64,000 nucleotides of DNA. Origin: Sphaerodactylus townsendi (taxonomy: Eukaryota). The position numbers and the translations under genes are program-made. The stretch lies in NCBI RefSeq assembly GCF_021028975.2, contig NC_059434.1, positions 57,102,001 to 57,166,000 of the forward strand. The letters run 5' to 3'. This document shows positions 28,061 to 40,316 of this stretch, piece by piece. The notes below the pieces were generated by a model. That model worked only from the letters and a program-made list of their open reading frames with translations. It did no database searches and had not been told where the DNA came from. Numbering within the stretch: position 1 is the stretch's first letter; each line of letters starts with the position of its first letter.

Positions 28061-28349
28061 ATCAAAAGCATTCCCTTAACAGAGGGCTGAAGTGGGTGGA
28101 AGGGGGACTGTAGTAGTGAAATAGCCGATCAGAATGAAGGAAAAATGGGATGTTTGCACCTGCACATTTGCACTGTAAAAAAATAAACAGTGGGTTCATG
28201 TGAAGGGACAGAAATAAAAAGGATTGTTTCCTCCACGGAAAATGGGCACCCATGCAAAGGACAAAAATGGAATAAAATAGACCCAGATTTAAATAACAGA
28301 TGTAACCCATCATTATTTTATGCTGTGAGGAATCCACCTGCGTTAGACC

Positions 28350-28645
28350 AAGAAGAAGTGTTTGGACTTATACGCCACTTTTCTCAGCCATAAGGAGTCT
28401 CAAAGATGCTTACAAACTCCTTCTCTTCCTCTCCCCGTAACAATCTCTTTATGGGGTAGGTGACGCTGAGAGAGTGCAGAGAGAACTGTGACTAGTTCAA
28501 GGTCACCCAGCAGCCTTCATGTGTAGGAGTGGGAAAACAAACCTGGTTCACCAGATTAGAGTCTGCTGCTCATGTGGAGGAGTGGTGAATCAAACCTGGT
28601 TCTACAGATTAGAGTCCACTGATCTTAACCGTTGTTCCACACTGG
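28350..28645 (-). mobile_element. Squam3-like SINE, older copy
   Basis: Similarity to 17146-17480 along its length. Confidence 0.8.
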
Positions 28646-31600
28646 TTTTATCATTAGTGATACAAGGGGAGGGGACTCTTTTTATCAAATATTAATGTAT
28701 CAGTTTCCTGTTATGGTTTGTTAATTCTGATCAATCACTGATTGTTTAATTATCAGATGGCCATGCTTTGGTGAAGGGATGCTTCTTCATGGAATAGCCA
28801 ATTCTCCCCAAGTAAGGATGATGAGATTAAATATAGTCATCCTTTTTTCTGCCTGTTCTCTGCCTTTTGTAATGAAAATGATGTGAAGCTCTATTCAGTG
28901 GTCTGATGAAATATACACACAGTCCCTTGTCAACACAGATGTTTTAACAAAATGGAGGCAACTTTGCAATGGCTCAGTTGATTACGGTTAACATTGATGA
29001 CTGACAGCTGATTATGCTTCAGAAAGGATTTGCTTTTACATTGTTGCCATTTGATACAACATCCAATTTATTGTTGTTTTATCTGTAATGGCATATGCAC
29101 ATGCAAGCAGGTCAATAATTGATTTTGTATTCATCAGTTGATTAACAAGTATGTATGAACCAGGTAAATTGCATTTTACCTGTAATAGGCAGACTACCAT
29201 ACTGATAGATGTTTAAAATGCAAGGAGGTGAGCATGGTTCTGAGCAAACATGGCAGAATTTTAATGGTGGCTTTCACTTTTTACTAGTTGAGCAATGAAG
29301 CTGCTAATAATATCAATTCCTTTGGGGCTGCCTGGATAAAAATGCTCATGTAATCAAGGACAATAACCACACTATTTGCTTGTGTTTATATGATGTTAAA
29401 GAGCTCTAGGCAAAAGCACTGAGAATCATCCCTGATTGCTACCAAGTAATCTTTTGCAGACTTGTGAATCAAAACTGTGGTTGATTTTCAATGGTGTGAT
29501 CGTCATGTTTTTGAAACTTTGCTGATTAAAACTTTATGAGCACGCCATTAGAAAGAAGACAGCTCTCCCTTTTGGCACTGCAGATTCTGTAAACCATGGA
29601 GATTCAGCAGCAATGAGCTTCCTTTCCTATTTACGAATCCCTGAATAAAAAATAAGTTTTTTCAGGCTTTCCCAATTGAAATAGTAATGTAGTATAGTGG
29701 TTAGAGTGACAGAAACCCCAAATTATGGTCATTATAGGCCATAGGGAGCTCTCATATAGTATCCTAAGGCCAAAAGTAAATCCTGTCAACAAATAACCAG
29801 TATTACCCTGTTGGGGTGATGCTTTAGCAAACTCAAGGGATGGGAGCATTTAACAGGGTCTCCCTCAGAACCACCACCTCAGTCACCTCTCTGGCCACTG
29901 GTGCCAAGATCTATTTTGCATCCTGGGCAAGAAGCAATGCTGGGCGGGGATGGGGAATCCGCCAGTTACAAATGTGGTAAAAGATGCATGCCTTTTTAGT
30001 TCAGCACAGCTGCTGAGGGTGACTGCCTGCCTGCTGTCCTTTGTCTGCAGTGCATCATCTGACACTGTAATGATCAGATTCTCCCTGTCAGAATATCTCC
30101 AGACATGGCCTGTGCTGGGCCTATATAATGTGACCAGAACTGCTAGTTTTCCTTATCTGTAGGTCCAGCACAGCAGTAGGTCCATCACAGTCCTCATCTT
30201 AACATTCCCATTGTACTTCAACTGAGCCAGTCCTGCATATTTTGTGTCAAACTTTACCAATTATAGCTGCTCAGATACTACATATATTATATGGTTAACA
30301 TCTCCACAATATCTGCTTCTGGCCCAACTTAGAAAGCAAGCCTGGCACCACATATTGTGAAGCACTGAATACAAGAGCCTGTATAATTGAATTTACCAGC
30401 TTTGCATGGATGCCTTTTTGTTCTATTACTTTATTATGTGGGAGATATGACTGGGCAGGGACCTTCACTCACTCCTATGGTCCACTAAGCCACTTCACCT
30501 CTTCCTTCTTACCCCCTCCCATGAAAGTGTTGTATATGTGTGTTGTTACATTTTAACACTCACTTTGAGCAAGTGCAATGTTGATTGAAGTATTGATTTG
30601 ATACACTGGACCCGCCCTCACCTTTGGATCCCAGGCATTCCAAGACTTTATTAAGTGCACTCTTTGTCACTCTGCAGACAAAGTTGCCATTGACATCCAG
30701 CCTCAACTGACCCTTGGAGATCTGCAAACCCAACCTTCATGGCCTCCAACCTAATGCTCTTCCTGATAAACCCACCTCCAGTGCTGCTAACCTAGCTGCC
30801 AAAGAAATGCAAGATCCATTACCTGCCTGCCAGGGTCAAATAATCACATCAGACACTTGCCCAGTTGAAGTCTTTGGCTGCTGGACTGCAAACTCCATTC
30901 TTCAATCCTTCCCAGCAGCCCAAAATTCACTTTCTCTTCTTCAGTAGAAAACAAATGGACAGGAACTCTCTTCCCAGGCAGGCTTGTTGCCAATCTACCC
31001 CTTTATTACGACGTTTTCTTGGAATTCATCTTGCAAAAGAAGCTAAACAACAATTTAAATACACATTACAATGTCAATTGGACCAACCTAACACCATAAC
31101 CACTAGACCACAGTTCACAGACACTCTAACTACTAAATCACGAACAGAATCTCTAACACTAGATGACAGATTAATCAGACTGGCAGACCCTCTACTTACT
31201 AAACCAGAAAAGATATGAGGTTCTCCTCTTTTATCCTGTATAGTAAAGGGAGTAAAACTAACTATGCTATGAACTGTCTTTACATCTAATTTGTATTGTA
31301 TATCTACTTCCAATTTTAATTTTTATATGTAGTGCTATCTATGCAACAATTATTTTGATTGTAGTTCTAATTATCCCATAAATCTAAAATACTAATTAAT
31401 TTACTGCTATAGAGGAAGGCGATTCGCCTAACTTATGAGCAAACTCAACAGAAACTCTATTCTACCCCCCCCCCCGCATGCTCAGGTTCTATGACTGCCT
31501 GAGTAACTCCAAGAGGAGAATAGGGCAGCTGATCTAAGATGGCAGCTCATAGATGCACTGTAGGCAAAACATAAAATGGTGCTCAAAGTTAAAGGTGACA

Positions 31601-33335
31601 AAAGGGCACTTCCAAAAGATATAAAATGGCATTTCTCCACCGTACATCTAGAATAGCCACAAAATGATGTTGATAGAAAAATAAGCAGCTCCCACAAGCC
31701 AAAGGGCAGCCAGCCATATCAAAAACAAAGACCAGGACTTCCCTGATCAAAATATGATAATAAGGCATAGAGGATAGGAAGGCAAAAAGAGCCAAAAAAA
31801 TTAAAATGGCAAAAGGTGATTCAACCTAACAGCAAATAGCTGAAAGCTTAAGATCACTCTAGCTACCAAATGTTGACCCTCCATAAGATCCTGTTCCCTA
31901 ATCTACAGAGCCTAGACTTCCCAAAACTATTAATGAGATTTGCTGTAACTGCTACTCAAAGGATTGCAATTGTGCTGAACTGACCCTACCTCAAATTGGC
32001 TTACCTGGCTGGTAAGTCTCAATGTGACCACTACCCCACTTATTTTTTTTACTTTATACTTCCATGTATAAGCCACTTATTTCCTTACTATACAGCTCAG
32101 TTTAATCCATTCAAATGATAGACTCCCAAATAATCTCCCAGTGCCAGTACTTATGTTTAAAAACCAATAGTGGAACCTTAAAATGAAAATAGAAAGAATT
32201 TAATACAGAGATTTTGTTTTAAAGTTAGTTCCTACAGTTTTTGCTAACTTCTTTGTGAACTGAAAATTTTCTGTTAGGTAAACATTAATTGATTTCTGAA
32301 ATAAAACTGAACTGCCTCCCCCCCCTCTTTAGAATACTCTTCACTTTCTGACACATTCATACTAGAGCAACAATCAGTGGTTAATCTGGGAGAACAGATG
32401 TCAAAGCAATTTTCAGTCAGATGACAAATCGCTCCAGTACTTATCCTATGAAGATACTGTAAGGCGGTGGACTCCTGCTTTCTGTAAACTGCACCTGTTC
32501 TACACCTGGAGTCCATTGACATCAGTGGGAGTTCTGCATATGCAATGAATATAGAAGAAAGGGCAACTGGACCGTGAATTGAAATAATAAAAAAAATACC
32601 TTAAAGCTATAACAGATAAAAGACAGATCTTGCAGATTTCAGCTACGTGGGACATAATAATGTGCACCCTGCAGAACAATGCTAATTAAGAGGTCTGTTA
32701 CTTTATTGTTTTCATGCTGTGTTAATTTGCAGAGACAACATGATATGAAAGCATTTGCTTTGGGTCACTATAGCTTTGCTAATGCAGGCACAGATTGTAA
32801 TTAAGCTCTACATGATTTACGGTAATAGTGTGCAGATTGTTTCAAAGTATAGGGCAATATTAAAAACTTATTTCAACAGGAATCAAATTCATTTTCATTC
32901 TTTTCTTATTCAGATGTCCATGCAGTGTCAGTTATTAGCCGTTTATTTCAAAGTATAATGTAGGTGTTGCATCATTGTTTCAAATGCAAGAAGCCCTTAG
33001 GCCCCTGGGTATCAACTATAAACTAGTTTGCCAGTTTGAAAGACAATAGTTCTCTCAGCTTCTTGCTAGGGACTGAAAGATGATTTAATCATAGTGATTT
33101 GTATCTATTGTACTGAACTATTCTTCTTCTTAGGTCCTCATATGGATCCTAGCACAATGCCAGAAAGCATGATCCTTGGTTCATTCATTAGTATCTTCAG
33201 TTGAGGTAACAAGGCTGGACATGTGTTCTTTCTGAAACTTTGAAGAGATACTATACTGCCAGCTAGAATCAGTAGTATATGTGTATATGTGTGTACACAC
33301 ACAAACATACACCACACACACACACACACACACAC

Positions 33336-33496
33336 TATGGCAACCCCTGGTAGGGTTTTTCAAGGCACAAGACATTCAGAAATGGTTTGCATCACAGCCC
33401 TGGTATTCCTTAGAGGACTCTCATCTAAATACTTGCCAGGGTTTACTCTGTTTAGCTTCTGAAATCTGATGAGATCAGGATAGCCTGGACTATCCA
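33336..33496 (-). mobile_element. 5S rRNA-derived SINE with RTE/Sauria-like tail
   Basis: Minus strand GATCTCATCAGATTTCAGAAGCTAAACAG..CCTGGCAAGTATTTAGATGAGAG..GGAATACCAGGG aligns to 5S rRNA; tail AAACCATTTCTGAATGTCTTGTGCCTTGAAAAACCC. Confidence 0.75.
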
Positions 33497-33682
33497 ATTT
33501 AGGGCTCATCAATGAATAGTGTGGTACCAAAAAAAATGGTATTGTTTGGATTTGGGATTATTGGACCCAGAAATATCAGTATTCCTGATAACAAATACTG
33601 GTATGGTAATAATTTATTTTTTCAGGTTTCTGAAAATGTTGACTCTAATATTCCCTATGGGGAAAATTTGGGGATAGAAGAA

Positions 33683-33956
33683 CAGGTTTATACCCTGCTT
33701 CCTCTGCTGTAAGGAGACTCAAGATGGTTTACAAGCTCCTTTCTCTTCCTCTCCCCACAACAGACACCTTGTGAGGTATGTGGGTATGAGAGAGTCCTGA
33801 AAGAACGGTGACTATCCCAGAGTCATCAAGCAGGCTTCATGTGTAAGAGCAGAGAAACAAATGCAGTTTAGCAGAGACTCCTCCTTTCATGCGGAGGAGT
33901 AAGGAACCAAATCCGGTTTTCCGGAGACCACTGCTCTTAACCACTATACCATGCTG
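33683..33956 (-). mobile_element. Squam3-like SINE inserted in an older hAT-like remnant (~33510-34120)
   Basis: SINE body as above; the flanks resemble motifs of the 39-43 kb hAT-like elements. Confidence 0.7.
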
Positions 33957-36900
33957 GATGGCTGTAGAGTTGTTTTTAAAGGTACATACCCCAAAATTTC
34001 AGATGAGCTGCTGGTGCCTGTCCTTTAAATAACCACCACATTTCTAGTAAATTTGACCAAGAAGTCTAATTATATTGGTTCCTGAACAGGGTGCACCCAA
34101 CTGTTCTCCATTTTTACATGTGAAGGAAATGATGGCTCTGGACCATATGATGTGGGGTTAGTCGTGGCATTGAGGCTGGAACAGAAAGGAAGTGTTTGGC
34201 TCAGGATTCAGTTGTGGTGATGCATCTTATCAAACCAAAGGGGCTTTGGAAAGTAAAAGTAGAGAATATTAATATTACTTGACCCTGACAACAGTAGCTC
34301 TTTTTGCCTGGGAGTCAAATGGATTGAAAGGACCATGTAAAATAAATTGCCAGCAGTTTTTCTAAAACTTTCTTGTGGCTACAAAAAGTAATGATGGTCA
34401 ATTGGGGGAGGGTTGTTTGCCTAGGGAGGCCTGGGATGGGAGGACTGAAGATTTGAACAAATACATAAGATAAAATCATTGTCAAAAATAAAACAAAAAG
34501 GTAAGAAGGCCTTTGCAGTTGTATTTTCATGTTGAAAATGAATATGAGGATTGAGTCTTAAGTTGCTGAAGCCAATGCCTTTACAAGATTACATGCATTT
34601 TGTGAATCATTATGTTCATACCATGGGATAGGAAGGCAGAAATTGTTGGAACAGAAGTTGTATAAATTGCAATTCAAAGTAAACTTCCATAGTAATAGTT
34701 CAGTATTTTAAAAATGCCTTTTGATTTAAGAAACATGATAGTTGTTGTGGTGCCAAGTATGAACATTTATCTTCCTTCATGTTGTTGTTGACTATTGGAA
34801 AAAAATATGCTGTCTCTACATTTGAGACAGGTTTTGTCTGTTTTTCCCATAAAGCACCTTTTATGAATAATAACTATATTTTATGGCAACTCTATTTTAT
34901 GCTGTGGTCTAGCTATGTTGAAGCTGGATGAGCATGGGGAAAAAAATTCTACCAAAAGAGTGACTATTTACATTAGTTATACATTCTCCTTGCCCAAATC
35001 CTTTGCTGACTTTAACAGAACTTATGGCAGATAAAAATATCTCCCACCTTTGCAACTTTTATCCCAGACCCAAACAATTTTTGACGCACCAAAGAAGAAT
35101 CCAAAAGACTCTTCAGAACCCACATGTTCCCTGAATACTTGTTGGCATCACAGTGTTTACTAGGCATACTCTTTGTATGTGGTGGTTTGCCACTGCCTTT
35201 CTCAATAATCTTCACTTTATTCCCAGCAAACTGGGTATTCATTTTACTGGCCTCTAAAGGATGGATGGATGATTCCTTTGGAATCAAACTCAGGTTGTGA
35301 GCTTTGACTTGCAGTACTGTAATTTAGCTCATTTTTTCGGCAAAAATTTCTCAGCCTTGACTCATTGGAAGCTATAGGACTGACAATTAAAAAATCAAAA
35401 TCCATTCCAAAATATTTTGTCTGTTTTGTTTCCTGAATGAATGTCACAAACAGAAAGATAAACCTTTCTTTGTTTCCGAGATTCCTAAGAACTGTGTATT
35501 CCATTTACATCAATTGCTTCCATGCCCAAAGTTGCAGAAAATGTTCTTTTAGAATACAACCTAGGTAAACTGAATGTTGGAAAAGACAATGGTTTGACTG
35601 CAAAGGTAATAGGAGGTGTCTTGCGAATAAACAGCTTGTGAATAAACATCTTGAGCAGAGTTGTGTAATACTTGCAACTATTTGAATCAGCATATGCAGA
35701 AGATGATACTCATCTCACACACATGGCCTTTAAACTCTTTGTCAAAATTTGAATTCATATATTTCCCTAATTTTTGGCCTAAGATTCATAAATAATATGA
35801 TCTTTTTAGAGAAAAATATTTCTCTTGAGTTTATAAGGTTTCACTTTGGATTACCATGAACTGAGACTAATAGCAACAGGAACATTTTTTGAAGGTCTTA
35901 ACAGGTTATTCATCACATATGTACTGTCATTTGATCACACAAAGCAGAACAGTGTTGGTGGTTTCATAAAACTGAAATCATTTATGTTCCCTTTCTAATC
36001 CCCAGTGATATCAACAGATACTTTCATTTCATGACTGCTTTTTTAATGTACCTAACTGAATGTAAAGGAGCATACAATTAAATACTATTGACTGAAACTG
36101 CATCTTATTATTTTAATAGCTCCTCAACTGCACTCCCCTTGTGTGGCCTGCAGAACATAGGTATAACACAGAAACTGCAGCTGTGAAAACAGCCAGCCTT
36201 CCCAATGTTTAGATATCTATCTGTGGCTAGGGACTAAATTTGTGGGTAGGAGATGAGGGCAGTCAAAACTCCAAGAATGTAATGAGCATTGAGAATTGTA
36301 CAGTAGGTGCATGTCTCATAATTTCTCCCAAAAAGCTATTTGCAGACCTTTGTTCAAAGAGGTATACAAAGACAAATTCCCTGTCTCCATCTTTCTGGAG
36401 ATACATCTGACTATATTTAAGAATTCTGCTTGATTGACATTGAAATAGAAGAAGTCATAGACTAGGAAGCTAGAAAGACCAGAAATAAAAATCAAATTTT
36501 TACCTCATGGGAAAGTGGCTTTTTATGGACTCCAGATTTTTTGTTAGAAATAGGCATTTGGGAGAATGAAATTGAAATACAGCTAAACATTCAGAAGTAG
36601 CATTGTCACTAATCTTTAGGACATGGTTGTTAAAATCTAGTTGATTGTATGTAATCTTAAGTTACCGTTACTTATTTCAGAAACAGTGCCATACTAAACA
36701 GGTCTTATAATAAATCTTACTAAAGTCCAGTCAATGAGGCTTATTCTCAGGAAAGTGTTATTAAGATTGCACTGTTAACCCTAAAATGTATTGCTCACTG
36801 CACAGGCTCCTTTCCAAAGCTAGAGAAAAGGGGGGGGGGTGTCCTGTAGTTGCTGTGTCCTGTGGTTTGGGGAGGGGAGAACCAATCAGAATGCAGCACA

Positions 36901-37099
36901 CTTGGACTGTTCGAGCATGCATGCTGCATCTACATTGTAAAAACAAAAAAAGAGGGGCTCGTGTGAAAGAAATTGGAGTATTCCCTCCCAGACTTCATTC
37001 AATTCCTTCACAGAAATGGACAGCCATGCAAAGGGAGAAACCAGGATAAAATAAAATGTTTCCAGCAACAGTTCTTCCAGGTTTTTTTTAATTTCTGGG

Positions 37100-38680
37100 A
37101 GGTATCTCCCCAAAAGTGCTTAGCAACTGTCACCCAATGTCCAGCATCCTATTTTTGGATAAGGTCCTGGAGTGGGTGGTGGCACACCTGGATGATGATT
37201 TTCTGGACCCATGTCAGTTGGGTTTCAGGCATGGCCATAGTACTGTCTTGGGAGAGAGAGACAGGGGCTGCATATCCCTGTTGGTTCTCCTTGATCTATT
37301 AGCAGCGTTTAATACTGTCAACCACAGTATCCTCCTGAACTGGCTGCGGGGGCTGGGAGTGGAAGGCACCATATTACGGTGGTTGTCTTCTATCTCAGTG
37401 GCAGGCTCCAGAAGGCAGGAGTGGAGGACAACTGCTTGGGAGCATGGGAGCTCAATTATGTGGTTCCCCAGGGCTCAGTGCTGTTCCCTATGTTGACCAA
37501 CATCCACTTGAAACCACTGAAAGAGTTCATAAGAGGGTTGGGGTGAGTTGTCACCAGTATGCTGATGACACGTAGCTTTAGTTCTTGGTTCCATCTGCAT
37601 CAGATGGGGAGTTGTCAGTTCTGGACCAATATCTGGAGGCTGTAATAGGCTGGATCAGGGCACATCAATTGAAATTGAATCCTGACAAGATGGAGGTGTT
37701 GTGTGTGCTGGGTCCAAGATCCAGGAGATCAAGGGGGCACTTGACACCAAATGGTGTGGTTTTATCCAAGGGTGCAGGACCTGAGGGTTATTCTTGATTC
37801 CTCATTGTCACTGGAATCCCATGTGGCAGTAATGGTGAGGAGGACCTACCAGGCTCTCCAGCTGGTTTGCCAGATCTGCCTTTACTTGGACTGGAGCGAT
37901 CTGAACACAGTCACTATGGAATGGTAACCTCATGGTTAATATATTTTAACATGCTCTGTGTGGGGTTGTCCTTGAAGATGGTCTGGGAGCTGCTGCAGAA
38001 TGCAGCAGTTCAACTGTTAGTGGATATTCCAGGACGTCATCACATAACACTTGTCTTGAGGGAACTGCACTGGCTCCCTATTCAAGGTACTGGTACTGAC
38101 CTACAAAGCCCTATGCAATCTGAAGGAATGCTTTCTGTCATATAGACCTGTCCAGGTGCTAAGGTCAGTCCGGGCCGGGGCGGGGGTCCTTGGAGCTCCA
38201 TTGCCTTCCTAGGTTCAGGGGATGAGGGTCACCCAGAGGGTCTTTTCTGCAGTGGCCCAGGCACTTTGAAATACTCTCCCCCCAGAGGTTTGCCAAGTGC
38301 CAACTCTGAAAGTTTAGGTGCCTGACCAAGACTCTATACCCGGACATATGGTAATCCCATCTGGGCAGTGCCCCTTTACACTCCTCCATTACACTCAACT
38401 ATACCAGCTCCCAATTAGTTCATTCCCAGTCCAATTTCTGAAATGTGTTGGGGGGAATTATGGGGGGTGGATGATTATATATATTTTAGAAGGGGGTTAG
38501 GTTAGGGGTGGGGATGGTTTTTAAAGGAGTTTTTTGATGGTTTTATGATTATTTTATGGCGTTTTTAGGATTGTACTCCACCCAGGGAATTTGCTGATGG
38601 GCAGGATATAAATGCAGAGTCAGTCAGTCAGTCAGTCAGTCAGTCAGTCAGTCAGTCAGTCAGTCAATAAATAAATAAAT
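37100..38680 (+). mobile_element. L2 LINE: decayed RT domain to 3' tail
   Basis: DPCQLGFRHGHST..LLVLLDLLAAFNTVNHSILL..PQGSVL..CHQYADDT..LKLNPDKME..LQNAA..HHITLVLRELHWLPI. Ends in (AGTC)n(AATA)n. Confidence 0.9.
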
Positions 38681-40212
38681 GCTGGCAAAAAACTACAAGC
38701 AAAGCTCACTTGAAAAAAAGTTTCTTGCACTGAAATCTTCTGCATGTGTATAGCTTGCTTTTGGCTTAGCAGAGGCTAATGAAAGGAGGGAAGAGAAAAT
38801 TTCCTAAATCTATGCTAAAATAAACTTTGACAAAAATGGGGCAACCAAAGTGTTATGAGAATTGCCTGGCAAAAATTCTCACCGCCCTAGGGTGTCATTT
38901 GTGGAGAAAACCCATTTTTTCCCTTCCAGAACTTCAAACTTGATTTCTGAAGGCATCAGAATTATTAGTTCCTGAGAGCTCTGTGTGAGAGTGTGTTAGC
39001 ATATTTGTGGCATAATACATTTTCTCAAATAGGGGTGTGCATTCAGCAAAGCTGAACTGGGAAAAAAACCCTCTAAGATACTTTATTCGTACTTTTCTGG
39101 GTTCTTTTCCTGAAAAAATGGTGAAAAATGCTGAAAAAACGTTTTCCTGAAAAAAGAAGCACATTCTTTAAAGGGCTGAACCCATGTTACCTGCTGACTG
39201 CCGCTGCCATTTTCAAAGTTCCTATGGGCTCAGAGGTGGGGGCAGCACAGAGCTGAATTCTGGGTCCATGTAGACTTCAGAGGGAGTAGCGCAGAGCTGA
39301 ACACAAAGCAAATATTCAGGTCTGTGCTGCTGCCTCCAAAGTTCACATGAGCTGAATGCTGGGTACTGCTTGCCACCTCCAAGTACTGTCTCTTAACCTC
39401 AGACATCAGAGGGGGACTTGACTAGCCACTCAGAGAGACAGAGGGGTCAAGTAACAGAGAATTATTTCCCTGTTGCTCTAACAATATCCCTTTGATGTGT
39501 AGATTGCTACTGTCAGGGAAACTTCCCTCCTTCCACCTTTCACACTCTCTTTCCACATCACTTCTTCACAAGGACGTAGGTAAGAGGGGGTTCTCGGGTT
39601 CAACTCCCCCATTACATGTCAGGCGCTCCCACACCCCCCGTTTGTTTGTTTTTTTTTTGTTTCCAGGCAGTGACTGGAAACCACAGATATAATCCAGGTT
39701 GCTTTTTTGTCTTTGCACGGAGACACTTCTTTTTTTAATTTCCAGAAACATGCCATACCAATTGTCCCATGATACGACTGCCTGCACTTGCTTAGCTACA
39801 CAGATGCAACCAGCAAAAAAAGAGAGAAGGAAATGGGGCCTCCCTGCAATGGCAGGGCAGGTTGATTCTTCCTGACTGTTGACAGCACTGTGGAAGAGAG
39901 GGGGGGGGGAAGCACCTCTTGCCTGGCTTTGCAGGAGCAGCTGCAACTCGGGATTTTTCAAAAGTTTAGCTGATTTAGCGATTTTTTAAAAACCCAGATT
40001 ATGGGAAATAAAATGGGGCAGGTTTGTTTTGGGGGTGGGACCTGGGTGAAATCCCCCCCCAAAAAAACAGGTTCCATAGTGCCCTGCACCTATGACTTTT
40101 GGCCAAGGACATAGGTAAGGGGGGGGGAGTTTCTCAGGTTCAACCCACCATTACATGTCTTGGGTGCTGTGTGGTTTCCGGGCTGTATGACCGTGTTCTA
40201 GCAGCATTCTCT

Positions 40213-40253
40213 CCTGACGTTTCGCCTGCATCTGTGGCTGGCATCTTCAGAGG
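40213..40253 (-). ncRNA. Minimal type I hammerhead ribozyme (Penelope-associated)
   Basis: Minus strand CCT-CTGAAGA-T-GCC(AGCCACAGATGCA)GGC-GAAAC-GTC-AGG gives stem I CCT/AGG, the CUGANGA and GAAA cores, and a GUC cleavage triplet. Confidence 0.85.
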
Positions 40254-40316
40254 ATCACACCAGCCACAGATGCAGGCGAAATACCAGCCACAGATGCCAG
40301 CCACAGATGCAGCCAC

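Noticed and set aside
30700-32020. Possible LINE ORF1 / 5' remnant
   Set aside because: Composition is suggestive but there is no diagnostic motif.
35012-35693. Chain of minus-strand ORFs suggesting an exon or pseudogene
   Set aside because: Different frames, stops, and no recognisable homology.
40260-40316. CRISPR-like repeat array
   Set aside because: Eukaryotic context, no unique spacers, and the repeats derive from the Penelope ribozyme loop.
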